From Frankiales bacterium (GTDB lineage Bacteria > Actinomycetota > Actinomycetes > Mycobacteriales > SCTD01), in assembly GCA_025965475.1 (NCBI GenBank), contig JAOPWV010000095.1, positions 31,448 to 95,447 on the forward strand: a stretch of 64,000 nt of DNA, read 5' to 3'. The notes beneath the pieces were generated by a model, which made no database searches, was not told the DNA's origin, and saw only the letters and a program-made list of their open reading frames with translations. The first letter of the stretch is position 1. Every line of letters begins with the position of its first letter. A program made the translations under genes and the position numbers. Of this stretch, positions 46,103 to 55,345 are shown one piece after another.

Positions 46103-46192
46103 ATGACGCACCAGACCGGTCTCCTTCCCGGGCCGCGCTGACAACGCAGTACGTCAGCGCGGCGCCCTCGTGACCACGGGGGCTTTCTTTTT
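46103..46192 (+). promoter_or_regulatory. leuS leader peptide and transcription attenuator
   Basis: uORF MTHQTGLLPGPR* (46103-46141, tandem Leu codons); stem GCCGCGCTGAC/GTCAGCGCGGC; terminator GCCCTCGT-GACC-ACGGGGGC-TTTCTTTTT; -10 TAGGAT at 46090. Confidence 0.75.
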
Positions 46193-46219
46193 GCCCGGAG
46201 CGACCGAGGAGACCACGGC

Positions 46220-48694
46220 ATGAGCGAGACCACCGCCGAGCGCGAGGGCCGTGAGGCCTACGACCCGCACGCCGTCCAGGACCGCTGGCTGCCGGTGTGG
46301 GACCGCCTCGACCTGAACCGGGCCGGGCGCACTGACGGGCCGAAGAAGTACGTGCTCGACATGTTCCCGTACCCGAGCGGCGACCTGCACATGGGCCACG
46401 CCGAGGCGTTCGGCATCGGTGATGTCGTGGCCCGCTACTGGATGCGCCGCGGGTACGACGTGCTGCACCCGATCGGCTGGGACTCGTTCGGCCTCCCGGC
46501 GGAGAACGCCGCCATCAAGCGCGGGGAGCACCCGGCGACCTGGACCTACGCCAACATCGAGACCCAGGCCGAGTCGTTCCGCCGCTACGCCATCTCCGCA
46601 GACTGGTCGCGCCGCCTGCACACCAGCGACCCTGAGTACTACCGCTGGACGCAGTGGCTGTTCCTGCGGTTCCGCGAGCGGGGGCTGGCCTACCGCAAGG
46701 CCAGCGCGGTCAACTGGTGCCCGCAGGACCAGACGGTGCTCGCCAACGAGCAGGTGGTCGGCGGCCGGTGTGAGCGCTGTGGCACCGAAGTCACCAAGCG
46801 TGAGCTGACCCAGTGGTACTTCAAGATCACCGACTACGCCGACCGGCTGCTCGAGGACATGAAGCAGCTGGAGGGTCATTGGCCCGAGCGCGTCCTGCTG
46901 ATGCAGAAGAACTGGATCGGCCGGTCGCAGGGTGCGCACGTCGACTTCACCGTCGGCGGGGAGAAGGTCAGCGTGTTCACCACGCGGCCCGACACCCTGT
47001 ACGGCGCCACCTTCTTCGTCGTCGCGGCGGACGCGCCGCTCGCCGACCAGCTGGTCGCGTCCGAGCGGCGCGAGGCGTTCGAGGCGTACCGCGAGCAGGT
47101 CCGCAAGCTGTCGGACATCGACCGCCAGTCCACCGACCGGCCGAAGACCGGCGTGGACCTCGGCGTGACGGCGGTCAACCCGCTCAACGGCGAGGAGCTG
47201 CCGGTCTACGCGGCCGACTACGTGCTGGCCGACTACGGCACCGGCGCGATCATGGCGGTGCCGGCACACGACCAGCGCGACCTCGACTTCGCCCGCGAGT
47301 TCGGCCTGCCGGTGCGGGTCGTCGTCGACACCGGCGAGCCGGACCCGGCGCAGACCGGCGTGGCCACCAGCGGCGACGGCGTACTGGTCAACAGCGGACC
47401 GCTCGATGGGCTGCGCAAGGAGGAGGCGATCGCCAGGGCGGTCGAGATCCTCGGCGAGCGCCAGACGGGCGAGGGCGCCGTCAACTACCGGCTGCGCGAC
47501 TGGCTGCTGTCCCGGCAGCGCTTCTGGGGCGCGCCCATCCCGATCGTGCACTGCGCGGTGTGCGGCGAGGTGGCCGTCCCGGACGACCAGCTGCCGGTGC
47601 GGCTGCCCGACGACATGAAGGGCGCCGACCTCCAGCCCAAGGGGCAGTCGCCGCTGGCCAGCAACGAGGCCTGGGTCAACACGACCTGCCCGTCCTGCGG
47701 TGGTCCCGCCCTCCGGGACACGGACACGATGGACACGTTCGTCGACTCGTCCTGGTACTACCTGCGCTTCGCCTCGCCGGACTACACCGAGGGACCGTTC
47801 GACCCGGAGGCCGTCCGCCAGTGGCTGCCGGTCGCGCAGTACGTCGGCGGCGTCGAGCACGCGATCCTGCACCTGCTCTACAGCCGGTTCTTCACCAAGG
47901 TCCTGCAGGACATGGGGATGATCGACTTCGGCGAGCCGTTCTCCGCCCTGATGAACCAGGGCCAGGTCATCCTCAACGGCAAGGCCATGAGCAAGTCGAC
48001 GGGCAACCTGGTCGAGCTCGGCTCGGAGCTGTCCCGGTACGGCGTCGACGCCGTCCGGCTGTCCATGGTCTTCGCCGGTCCGCCCGAGGACGACATCGAC
48101 TGGGCCGACGTGTCGCCGACCGGCTCGGTGAAGTGGCTGGCCCGCGTCGCCCGGCTGGCCGCCGACGTGGGTGGCCTGACCGGTGACGACCGGGATCTCG
48201 CCCTCGACAGGGCGGTGGCCCACACGGTCGACGAGGTCACCCGGCTCACCGAGGGACACCGGCTCAACGTCTCGATCGCCCGGTTCATGGAGCTGACCTC
48301 CCTGCTGCGTAAGGCCGTCGACGGCGGTACGCCGGCCGCGGGTTCGCTTCGCGACGGCGCCGAGGCGCTGGCCGTGATGCTGTCCGCGTACGCGCCGTAC
48401 ACCGCCGAGGAGGTCTGGTCCCGGCTCGGTCACGACGTGGACGCCGGCGACTCGGTGCACGCGAGCACCTGGCCCGAGGCGGACCCGGCACTGCTCGTGG
48501 AGGACACGGTCACCTGCGTCGTACAGGTCGCGGGCAAGGTGCGTGATCGGCTCGAGGTGCCGCCCGCCATCGGCGAGGAGGCGCTCAAGGCGCTCGCTCT
48601 CGGCTCCGACGCCGTCGTGCGCGCGCTGGACGGCAAGGCGATCCGCACCGTGATCGTGCGCGCCCCCAAGCTCGTCAACATCGTCCCGACCTGA
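46220..48694 (+). CDS. leuS: Leucyl-tRNA synthetase
   Basis: [34 protein letters not shown] and AMSKS. Confidence 0.97.
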   Translation: MSETTAEREGREAYDPHAVQDRWLPVWDRLDLNRAGRTDGPKKYVLDMFPYPSGDLHMGHAEAFGIGDVVARYWMRRGYDVLHPIGWDSFGLPAENAAIKRGEHPATWTYANIETQAESFRRYAISADWSRRLHTSDPEYYRWTQWLFLRFRERGLAYRKASAVNWCPQDQTVLANEQVVGGRCERCGTEVTKRELTQWYFKITDYADRLLEDMKQLEGHWPERVLLMQKNWIGRSQGAHVDFTVGGEKVSVFTTRPDTLYGATFFVVAADAPLADQLVASERREAFEAYREQVRKLSDIDRQSTDRPKTGVDLGVTAVNPLNGEELPVYAADYVLADYGTGAIMAVPAHDQRDLDFAREFGLPVRVVVDTGEPDPAQTGVATSGDGVLVNSGPLDGLRKEEAIARAVEILGERQTGEGAVNYRLRDWLLSRQRFWGAPIPIVHCAVCGEVAVPDDQLPVRLPDDMKGADLQPKGQSPLASNEAWVNTTCPSCGGPALRDTDTMDTFVDSSWYYLRFASPDYTEGPFDPEAVRQWLPVAQYVGGVEHAILHLLYSRFFTKVLQDMGMIDFGEPFSALMNQGQVILNGKAMSKSTGNLVELGSELSRYGVDAVRLSMVFAGPPEDDIDWADVSPTGSVKWLARVARLAADVGGLTGDDRDLALDRAVAHTVDEVTRLTEGHRLNVSIARFMELTSLLRKAVDGGTPAAGSLRDGAEALAVMLSAYAPYTAEEVWSRLGHDVDAGDSVHASTWPEADPALLVEDTVTCVVQVAGKVRDRLEVPPAIGEEALKALALGSDAVVRALDGKAIRTVIVRAPKLVNIVPT

Positions 48695-48714
48695 TCGCGG
48701 TCTAGCCTGCCGCC

Positions 48715-49563
48715 ATGAGCAGCCGGGTCGCCGTCGTCACCGACAGTACGGCGTACCTCCCTGCGGGAGTGGCCGACAAGCACGGCATCGGCGTGGTGCC
48801 GTTGCACGTCGTCCTCGGGACGGACACCGGCATCGAGGGCGTCGAGGTCCAGCCGGCTGATGTCGCGGCCGCGCTGGCCGGACGACGTGTGTCGGTCTCG
48901 ACCTCGCGGCCGACGCCGGCGGAGTTCGCGGCCGCCTACCGCGCCTGCGGCGCATCCTGCGTCGTGTCCGTCCACCTGTCGGGCGCGCTGTCCGGGACGG
49001 TGGATGCGGCACAGCTCGCGGCTGCCGAGGTGGCCGGCGAGGGCGTCGAGGTGCGGGTCGTCGACACCGCCACCATCGCCATGGGCCTCGGGTTCGCGGT
49101 CATCGCCGCGGCCGAGGCGGCGACCGGTGGAGCCTCGGCCGACGACGTGGAGGCGGCCGCCGTGACGGCCGCAGCGGCGAGCACCACGCTGTTCTACGTC
49201 GACACCCTCGAGCATCTGCGCCGGGGCGGCCGGATCGGCGCGGCCGCGGCGCTGTTCGGGGCGGCGCTGGCCGTGAAGCCGCTGCTCCACGTCGTGGACG
49301 GCCGGATCGCGCTGCTGGAGAAGGTCCGTACGGCGGGCAAGGCGCTGTCCCGGTTGGAGTCCCTCGCGATCGCGCGCGCCGGGGACGGCCCGGTCGACCT
49401 GGCCGTGCACCACCTGGCGGCCCCGGACAAGGCCGGCGCGCTGGCGGAGCGGCTGCGGGCGGCCGTGCCCGGGCTCCAGTCCCTGTACGTCTCCGAGGTG
49501 GGTGCGGTCGTCGGCGCCCACGTGGGCCCCGGCCTGCTCGGGGTCGTGGTCTCGCGCCGGTGA
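48715..49563 (+). CDS. degV: DegV/FakB family fatty acid-binding protein
   Basis: VVTDSTAYLP, TSRPTP, LSGALSGT, LRRGGRIG and GAHVGPG. Confidence 0.92.
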   Translation: MSSRVAVVTDSTAYLPAGVADKHGIGVVPLHVVLGTDTGIEGVEVQPADVAAALAGRRVSVSTSRPTPAEFAAAYRACGASCVVSVHLSGALSGTVDAAQLAAAEVAGEGVEVRVVDTATIAMGLGFAVIAAAEAATGGASADDVEAAAVTAAAASTTLFYVDTLEHLRRGGRIGAAAALFGAALAVKPLLHVVDGRIALLEKVRTAGKALSRLESLAIARAGDGPVDLAVHHLAAPDKAGALAERLRAAVPGLQSLYVSEVGAVVGAHVGPGLLGVVVSRR

Positions 49564-50114
49564 ACCTGCTGCTGCTCGCCGCCGCCCTCGTCGGCTACCT
49601 CGCGGGGGCGGTGTCGCCCGCCACCCTGATCGCCCGGCGACGGGGTGTGGACCTGCGCGGTGTCGGCTCAGGCAACCCGGGCGCCGCCAACGCCGGCCGG
49701 GCGCTGGGCCGGCGGACCGGCATCGCGGTGGCGGTCCTCGACGTCGCCAAGGGCTGGGCGCCTGCGTACGGCTTCGCTCTCGTCGACCACCGTGCCGGGC
49801 TGGTGGCCGGCATCGCCGCCGTGCTCGGCCACGTGAGCTCGCCGTTCCTGCGCGGGCGGGGCGGCAAGGGTGTCGCCACCGCGGCAGGTGCCGTCCTCGG
49901 GTCGCACCCGCTCTGGGCGCCGGTGGTGCTGGTCGTGTGGCTGCTGACCCTGGCCGCGTCCCGGTGGATCGCGCTGGCGTCGGTGTGCGCGGCCCTGTCG
50001 CTGCTGGTCGTGGCGCTCGTCCTGGATCAGGACGTGGTGTGGGCTGCGCTCCTCGCGCTCGTGGTCATCGGGCGGCACCAGGCCAACTTCGTACGCCGGC
50101 TCGCCCGCGGCTGA
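49560..50114 (+). CDS. plsY: Acyl-phosphate:glycerol-3-phosphate acyltransferase
   Basis: GSGNPGAAN, DVAKG, GH..SPF, GGKGVAT and HQANFVRRL. Confidence 0.9.
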   Translation: MNLLLLAAALVGYLAGAVSPATLIARRRGVDLRGVGSGNPGAANAGRALGRRTGIAVAVLDVAKGWAPAYGFALVDHRAGLVAGIAAVLGHVSSPFLRGRGGKGVATAAGAVLGSHPLWAPVVLVVWLLTLAASRWIALASVCAALSLLVVALVLDQDVVWAALLALVVIGRHQANFVRRLARG

Positions 50115-50206
50115 TTGCGCGTCGCGCGCGTCCACACCCCGCGCCCGCCTCCACAGGTCCGGATCCACCGCGGCGTCGGGCCTCCCTGCGTTCCTAGCGT
50201 CAGCGC

Positions 50207-51001
50207 GTGCCCCGACGAGCCCGCCCCGATCCGCAGACCGCAGCGCTGCGCCTCGCCGCCCTGGTGCCGCCGTCGGGCCCGGCCGGCTGGGTGCCGCCGG
50301 CGGAACCGGCTCCGCAGGATGTGGGGCCACCGGACGAGATGCCGCCGGACGCCGGCCCGCCGGAGTTCACGACCGGCGCGGGCGACCTCATGGGGACGGT
50401 CCGGGCGCGTGTTGCCACGGCGGGTCTGGACCCCGGCCGACGTGGCGTACTCGCGCTGCTGCTGGTCGGGGCGGTGGCGGCGCTGGTCGCGGGCGCCGTG
50501 CAGCTGCGCGGACGGCCGCACGAGCTGACTGCGCCGCCGGCACTCGTCCGGGCGGGCACGCCCGCAGCCAGCTCCTCTCCCACCGCCGAGGTGGTGGTCT
50601 CGGTGGCCGGCACGGTCCGCCGGCCCGGCCTGGTGCACCTGCCGGCGGGGAGCCGGGTGGACGACGCGGTCCGCGCCGCCGGGGGCCTGACCGCGGGCGG
50701 GCAGGTCGGGCTGCTCAACCTCGCCCGGCGGCTCGTGGACGGCGAGCAGGTGCTCGTCGGGGTGGCGGCTGCGGGTGCGACCGGCGCGTCGGGAGCGGCC
50801 GTCGCGGGGGGGTTGCTCGATCTCAACGCGGCCACGGCCGACGCCATCGACGGCCTCCCCGGCATCGGGCCGGTGCTCGCCCAGCGCATCGTGGACTGGC
50901 GGACCGAGCACGGCCGGTTTGCCAGTGTCGACCAGCTGCGCGAGGTCCCCGGGATCGGCGAGAGCAAGTACGCCCAGCTCAAGTCCAAGGTGACCGTGTG
51001 A
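50207..51001 (+). CDS. comEA: ComEA DNA-binding/uptake protein
   Basis: One TM segment; SLBB region (VAGTVRRPG..GSRVDDA) and HhH motifs (LPGIGPVLAQRI, VPGIG). Confidence 0.9.
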   Translation: MPRRARPDPQTAALRLAALVPPSGPAGWVPPAEPAPQDVGPPDEMPPDAGPPEFTTGAGDLMGTVRARVATAGLDPGRRGVLALLLVGAVAALVAGAVQLRGRPHELTAPPALVRAGTPAASSSPTAEVVVSVAGTVRRPGLVHLPAGSRVDDAVRAAGGLTAGGQVGLLNLARRLVDGEQVLVGVAAAGATGASGAAVAGGLLDLNAATADAIDGLPGIGPVLAQRIVDWRTEHGRFASVDQLREVPGIGESKYAQLKSKVTV

Positions 51002-53934
51002 GCCAGGACCGCCGGCTCGTCCTGCCTGCCGCGTCCGCCTGGCTGGTGGCCTGGCAGGGCCGGCTGGTTCCGGTGTCCTGGCTGGTCGCGGTCTCGGCCC
51101 TGGGCCTGCTTGTCGGGGCCGCGGTGATGGCGCTGCGCCGCTCGGCCGCGGTCGCGGCGGTGTGCATCTGCGCGGCGGCGGCCGGGCTGTCCACGGCTGC
51201 CCGTGTGGACGGGCGGACAACGGGTCCGCTGCCCCGGCTGGCCGCGACGCAATCCGCGGTCGCCGTGGTCGGCGTGGTGACCGACGACCCGCGGCGGGTG
51301 GTCTCCCGCTCGGGTCTCGGGCCGCCGACGGACCTGGCGGTGGTTCCGTTGAGGGTCGAGCGACTGGAGGCGGCCGGCCGCGCGTACCGCCTGCGGGTCC
51401 CCGTACTTGTCATGTCCTCCGATCAGCGCTGGCTGCCGCTCCTGCCGAGCCAGCGGGTACGGGCCGAGGGGCGGCTGCGACCGGCGGAACCCGGGGACGA
51501 TGTCGCAGCCGTGCTGTCCGGGAGGGGCCCACCCGTCGTCGCGTCCCCGCCGACGCCGGTGCAACGCCTTGCGGGCCACCTGCGCAGCGGCCTGCGGACC
51601 GCCGTCGCGCCGCTGCCGGCTGCCGAGCGCGGGCTGCTGCCCGGCCTGGTGGTGGGGGACACCAGTCGGCTCGACCCTGAGCTGCGTGACGCGTTCCGTA
51701 CGACCGGGCTGACACATCTCGTCGCGGTCAGCGGTACCAACGTGGCGGTCGTGCTCGGCGCGGCGTTGCTCCTGAGCCGGGCTCTTGGCTTCGGACTCGT
51801 CGGATCGCCGGTCGTGTCGTCCCTGGCCCTGATGGCCTTCGTGGTCCTCGCGCGGCCGTCGCCGAGCGTGCTGCGGGCAGCGGTCATGGGACTCGTGGGA
51901 CTGGCCGCGCTCGTCTCGGGCAGCCGCCGCGCCGCGCTCCCCTCGCTGTGCGGGGCCGTTCTCGTGCTCGTCCTGCTGGCGCCGGACCTCGCGGCCGCTC
52001 CCGGCTTCGCGCTGTCGGTGCTGGCGACGGCCGGGCTCGTGGAGCTGGCACCGCCGTGGCGCGAGCGGCTGGCGGCCCGGATGCCGGGGTGGCTCGCCGA
52101 CGCGCTGGCCGTACCGGCTGCCGCGCAGGTCGCCTGTGGCCCCGTGATCGTGGCGATCTCCGGTCAGCTCGGTCTCTTGTCGGTCCCGGCGAACCTGCTG
52201 GCCGTCCCGGCTGTGGCCCCGGCAACCGTGCTCGGGGTGCTCACCGCACTGCTGGCGCCGCTGTGCCTGCCTCTGGCGCAGGCCGTGGCGTGGCTGGCCT
52301 GGGTCCCGACCGCCTGGTTGGTCCTGATCGCCCGGACCGGGGCCTCGATGCCGGGTGCCACTGTGGGCTGGCCGTCGGGTCAGCGCGGCGCGCTGCTCCT
52401 GGTCGCGGTAACGGTGGTCGGCGGGCTCGTGCTCGTTCGCCGGGCCTCCCGTCGCATCGCGGTGGCCTGCGCAGCAGGCATCCTGGTCGCGGTCGCGGGG
52501 CTGCAGACCGCCGCGCCGAGCTGGCCGCCGCCGGGTTGGTTCCTCGTGGCGTGCGACGTCGGGCAGGGCGACGCGATCGCGCTCCGGGCCGGACCGGACG
52601 CCGCCGTGCTGGTCGACGCCGGTCCTGATCCCGCGGCCGTGGACCGATGTCTGCGCAGGCTGGGCGTGCACGCGCTGCCGCTCGTCCTGCTGACCCACCT
52701 GCACGCGGACCATGTCGAGGGGCTGCCGGGCGCCCTTCGCGGACGCGCCGTGGGTGAGGTCGACGTGGGCCCGCTCGACGAACCGTCGGCCGAGCACCAG
52801 CGGGTCGTCCGCTGGACGGCCGACCGGCGGCTGCCCGTGCGTCGCCCCGCCCTGGGGGAGATCCGGTCCGTGGGGGCCCTGCGCTGGCAGGTGCTCGCGC
52901 CCGGCCGGACCTACCGCGGGACCCGGTCGGACCCGAACAACGCCTCGCTGGTGCTCCGGCTCGAGACGGCCGGTGTGGTCGTGCTGCTCACCGGCGACGT
53001 CGAACCGGAGGCACAACGCGACCTGCTCGAGTCCGGGCAGCAACTGCAGGCCGACGTCCTCAAGATCCCGCACCACGGGTCGGACCATCAGTTGCCGGCG
53101 TTCCTCGACGCGGTGGGCGCGCGGGTCACGTTGACCTCCGTCGGTGCGGGCAATACGTACGGCCACCCCTCTGCGGCGACGTTGACCCGGGTCATGGCCG
53201 AGGGGGCCCGGTCCTACCGCACGGACCGGGATGGCGACACCGCGCTCGTCGAGGACCGCGGGCAGCTGCTCACGGCCGGGCGCACCGGAACCGGCACCGT
53301 CGGCGGACCGCAGGCCGGGGCGCGCGTGGGCGACCGGGACAGCGCCGGCAGCCCTGCTCCGCGCGCGGTGGGGGTGCTGCGCGACCGGGGCTGGCCCGCC
53401 GTCCTTGGGACGTCGCTACCGCACGTGGATCCCGACGGCGAGAGGGCCGTCACCCACGTCGGGGAGGCGCGCGGGCCGCCGGGCGGGCGAGCGGGGGCGG
53501 GCCGCAGGACCGTGTGCTTCCCCGGCCACGGCCCGGCGGTCAACCTCCCCCCGGGCGTCGGGAGTGACGAGGTTCCACGCGCCATGTCGGTGGAGCCGGC
53601 CCGGAGGTGCTGGTGGCAGTGCGGGGACGCAGGTACGCCAGCCGGCTGTCGTGGCCGCCTTCGGGTGCGTCCTTCGCCGAGTAAGCGCGGCGTTGACGTC
53701 CCCGCCTTGCCACCCATGACAGAGCGTGGCGGGGTCGCAAAGATGCGTCTGTCGTACTCCGTTCACCCGAGCCGCAGCTGCCGGCAACCGCGGTCGCAGG
53801 CAGCAGGACGGACCCCCGCAGTGCCACCGCCGGGCTGGTCGTGCGAAAGTGTCGACACCTTGGCGTGTTCAGTGTCAGGGCGTGTGTCGACGCTGTTACG
53901 TTCGCCACCAGTTCGTCGTGGTGTGTGCCAGTGA
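50998..53934 (+). CDS. comEC: ComEC/Rec2 competence channel; recognisable homology ends near 53280, followed by a ~215-aa unrecognised tail
   Basis: TGLTHLVAVSGTN, PSVLRA, DVGQGD, THLHADH, LTGD, HHGS, YGHP and RTDRDG. Confidence 0.88.
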   Translation: MSQDRRLVLPAASAWLVAWQGRLVPVSWLVAVSALGLLVGAAVMALRRSAAVAAVCICAAAAGLSTAARVDGRTTGPLPRLAATQSAVAVVGVVTDDPRRVVSRSGLGPPTDLAVVPLRVERLEAAGRAYRLRVPVLVMSSDQRWLPLLPSQRVRAEGRLRPAEPGDDVAAVLSGRGPPVVASPPTPVQRLAGHLRSGLRTAVAPLPAAERGLLPGLVVGDTSRLDPELRDAFRTTGLTHLVAVSGTNVAVVLGAALLLSRALGFGLVGSPVVSSLALMAFVVLARPSPSVLRAAVMGLVGLAALVSGSRRAALPSLCGAVLVLVLLAPDLAAAPGFALSVLATAGLVELAPPWRERLAARMPGWLADALAVPAAAQVACGPVIVAISGQLGLLSVPANLLAVPAVAPATVLGVLTALLAPLCLPLAQAVAWLAWVPTAWLVLIARTGASMPGATVGWPSGQRGALLLVAVTVVGGLVLVRRASRRIAVACAAGILVAVAGLQTAAPSWPPPGWFLVACDVGQGDAIALRAGPDAAVLVDAGPDPAAVDRCLRRLGVHALPLVLLTHLHADHVEGLPGALRGRAVGEVDVGPLDEPSAEHQRVVRWTADRRLPVRRPALGEIRSVGALRWQVLAPGRTYRGTRSDPNNASLVLRLETAGVVVLLTGDVEPEAQRDLLESGQQLQADVLKIPHHGSDHQLPAFLDAVGARVTLTSVGAGNTYGHPSAATLTRVMAEGARSYRTDRDGDTALVEDRGQLLTAGRTGTGTVGGPQAGARVGDRDSAGSPAPRAVGVLRDRGWPAVLGTSLPHVDPDGERAVTHVGEARGPPGGRAGAGRRTVCFPGHGPAVNLPPGVGSDEVPRAMSVEPARRCWWQCGDAGTPAGCRGRLRVRPSPSKRGVDVPALPPMTERGGVAKMRLSYSVHPSRSCRQPRSQAAGRTPAVPPPGWSCESVDTLACSVSGRVSTLLRSPPVRRGVCQ
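53846..53893. promoter_or_regulatory. Repeated GTGTCGAC palindromes upstream of the Mo-hydroxylase operon (GntR-like operator)
   Basis: GTGTCGACAC at 53849-53858 and GTGTCGACGC at 53884-53893. Confidence 0.45.
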
Positions 53935-53996
53935 CGGTTCCTGGGTGTGGCTGCCGCGACGCTCCAGGGACGTCGTGGGGGGAGGGGACCGTCCGG

Positions 53997-54869
53997 ATGG
54001 TTGCTGTTGCCGAGGCAGAGCTCTATCTGCCGTCGTCGTTGCAGGATGCGCTCCGCGTGCTCGCCGACGGGGGCGGGGCCGCGGTCCCGCTGGCCGGCGC
54101 CACCTGGGCGATGCGCGCCGTCCTCCGGGGCGAGGAGCTGGCCGCACGCTACGTCGCGTTGAGCGGCCTGGACGAACTGCGCACGGTCGAGGTCGCGGCC
54201 GACGGTTCGCTGGCGATCGGGGCCTGCGTGACGCACGCCCGCCTCGGCGAAGCCGTCGCTGACCAGCCCAACCTGCGGGGGCTCCACGATGCGGCGACGA
54301 AGGCGGCGAATGCGGCGGTCCGTGAGGCGGCGACCGTCGGGGGCAACCTGAGCGTGGCCGCCTTCCCGGCAGCCGACCTCGTACCGGCCTTGCTCTGCCT
54401 GGACGCCGAGGTCGAGCTGGCCCGCCCTGACGGCAACGAGCGGGTGAGCCTGGAGCGCTTCCTGCAGCTGCGGTCGGAGCTGGCGCCCGGCACCGTGCTG
54501 GCCCGGGTCCACGTGCCGGCCGGCCGCTTGCGCACCGCCCACGCGCGCCTGCCCCTGCGCGTCGCCGGCGACTACCCGGTCGCGATCGTGAGCGTGGCGC
54601 TGGACGTGGCCGCCGACGGCACCGTCGCCCGGGCCGCCGTAGCGGTCGGGTCGGTCGAAGCCGTTGCGCGCCGGTGGCCCGAACTCGAGGCCGAGCTCGT
54701 CGGCAAGCCGGTCGGCGCGGAGGCGGCGGCCGTTGCAGCCAAGGCGCTCTCCGCCACCTTTCACGGACGAGAGGGCATCGAGGCTCCGGGCTGGTACCGG
54801 GTGAGCGTCCTACCGACGCTGGTACGACGCGCGCTGACGGCTCTGTCAGGACAGGAGGGGAACCAGTGA
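53997..54869 (+). CDS. Xanthine dehydrogenase-family FAD subunit (CoxM-like)
   Basis: LAGAT, IGACVT, VREAATVGGNL, AADLVPAL and YR near the C-terminus. Confidence 0.88.
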   Translation: MVAVAEAELYLPSSLQDALRVLADGGGAAVPLAGATWAMRAVLRGEELAARYVALSGLDELRTVEVAADGSLAIGACVTHARLGEAVADQPNLRGLHDAATKAANAAVREAATVGGNLSVAAFPAADLVPALLCLDAEVELARPDGNERVSLERFLQLRSELAPGTVLARVHVPAGRLRTAHARLPLRVAGDYPVAIVSVALDVAADGTVARAAVAVGSVEAVARRWPELEAELVGKPVGAEAAAVAAKALSATFHGREGIEAPGWYRVSVLPTLVRRALTALSGQEGNQ

Positions 54870-55339
54870 CGATCGAACTCACCGTCAACGGCGAGACGAG
54901 GACGGTGACGGCGGCGCCGCTGACCCCGCTCGCCGAGGTTCTGCGCGAGGAGCTGTACCTCACCGGCACCAAGCAGGCCTGCGGCGAGGGCTTCTGCGGC
55001 TCGTGCACGGTTCTGCTCGACGACGCAGCCGCGCCGTCCTGCCTGACACCGGTCGGGATGGCCGCGGGCAAGGCAGTGCGCACCATCGAGTCGCTCGCCC
55101 CCGGCATGAGTGAGCTCTCGCCGCTGCAGCAGGCCATGAAGGACGCCGACGCCGTCCAGTGCGGGATGTGCTTCCCGGGCATCCTGATGGGCCTGACCGC
55201 GCTGCTGGCCCGCCAACCCGAGCCGACGGAGGACGACGTCCGGACGGCCCTGTCCGGCCACCTCTGTCGCTGCACCGGTTACGCGCGGATCGTCGACGCC
55301 GCTCTCTCCGTCTGCGTCCCGGCAGAACGAGGAGTGTGA
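54866..55339 (+). CDS. Xanthine dehydrogenase-family 2x[2Fe-2S] subunit (CoxS-like)
   Basis: GTKQACGEGFCGSCTV, QCGMCFPG and LCRCTGY. Confidence 0.92.
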   Translation: MTIELTVNGETRTVTAAPLTPLAEVLREELYLTGTKQACGEGFCGSCTVLLDDAAAPSCLTPVGMAAGKAVRTIESLAPGMSELSPLQQAMKDADAVQCGMCFPGILMGLTALLARQPEPTEDDVRTALSGHLCRCTGYARIVDAALSVCVPAERGV

Positions 55340-55345
55340 TCGGCG

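Noticed and set aside
53280..53934. ComEC C-terminal tail as a novel domain
   Set aside because: It is low-complexity G/R/P-rich sequence overlapping the next operon's promoter, most likely read-through.
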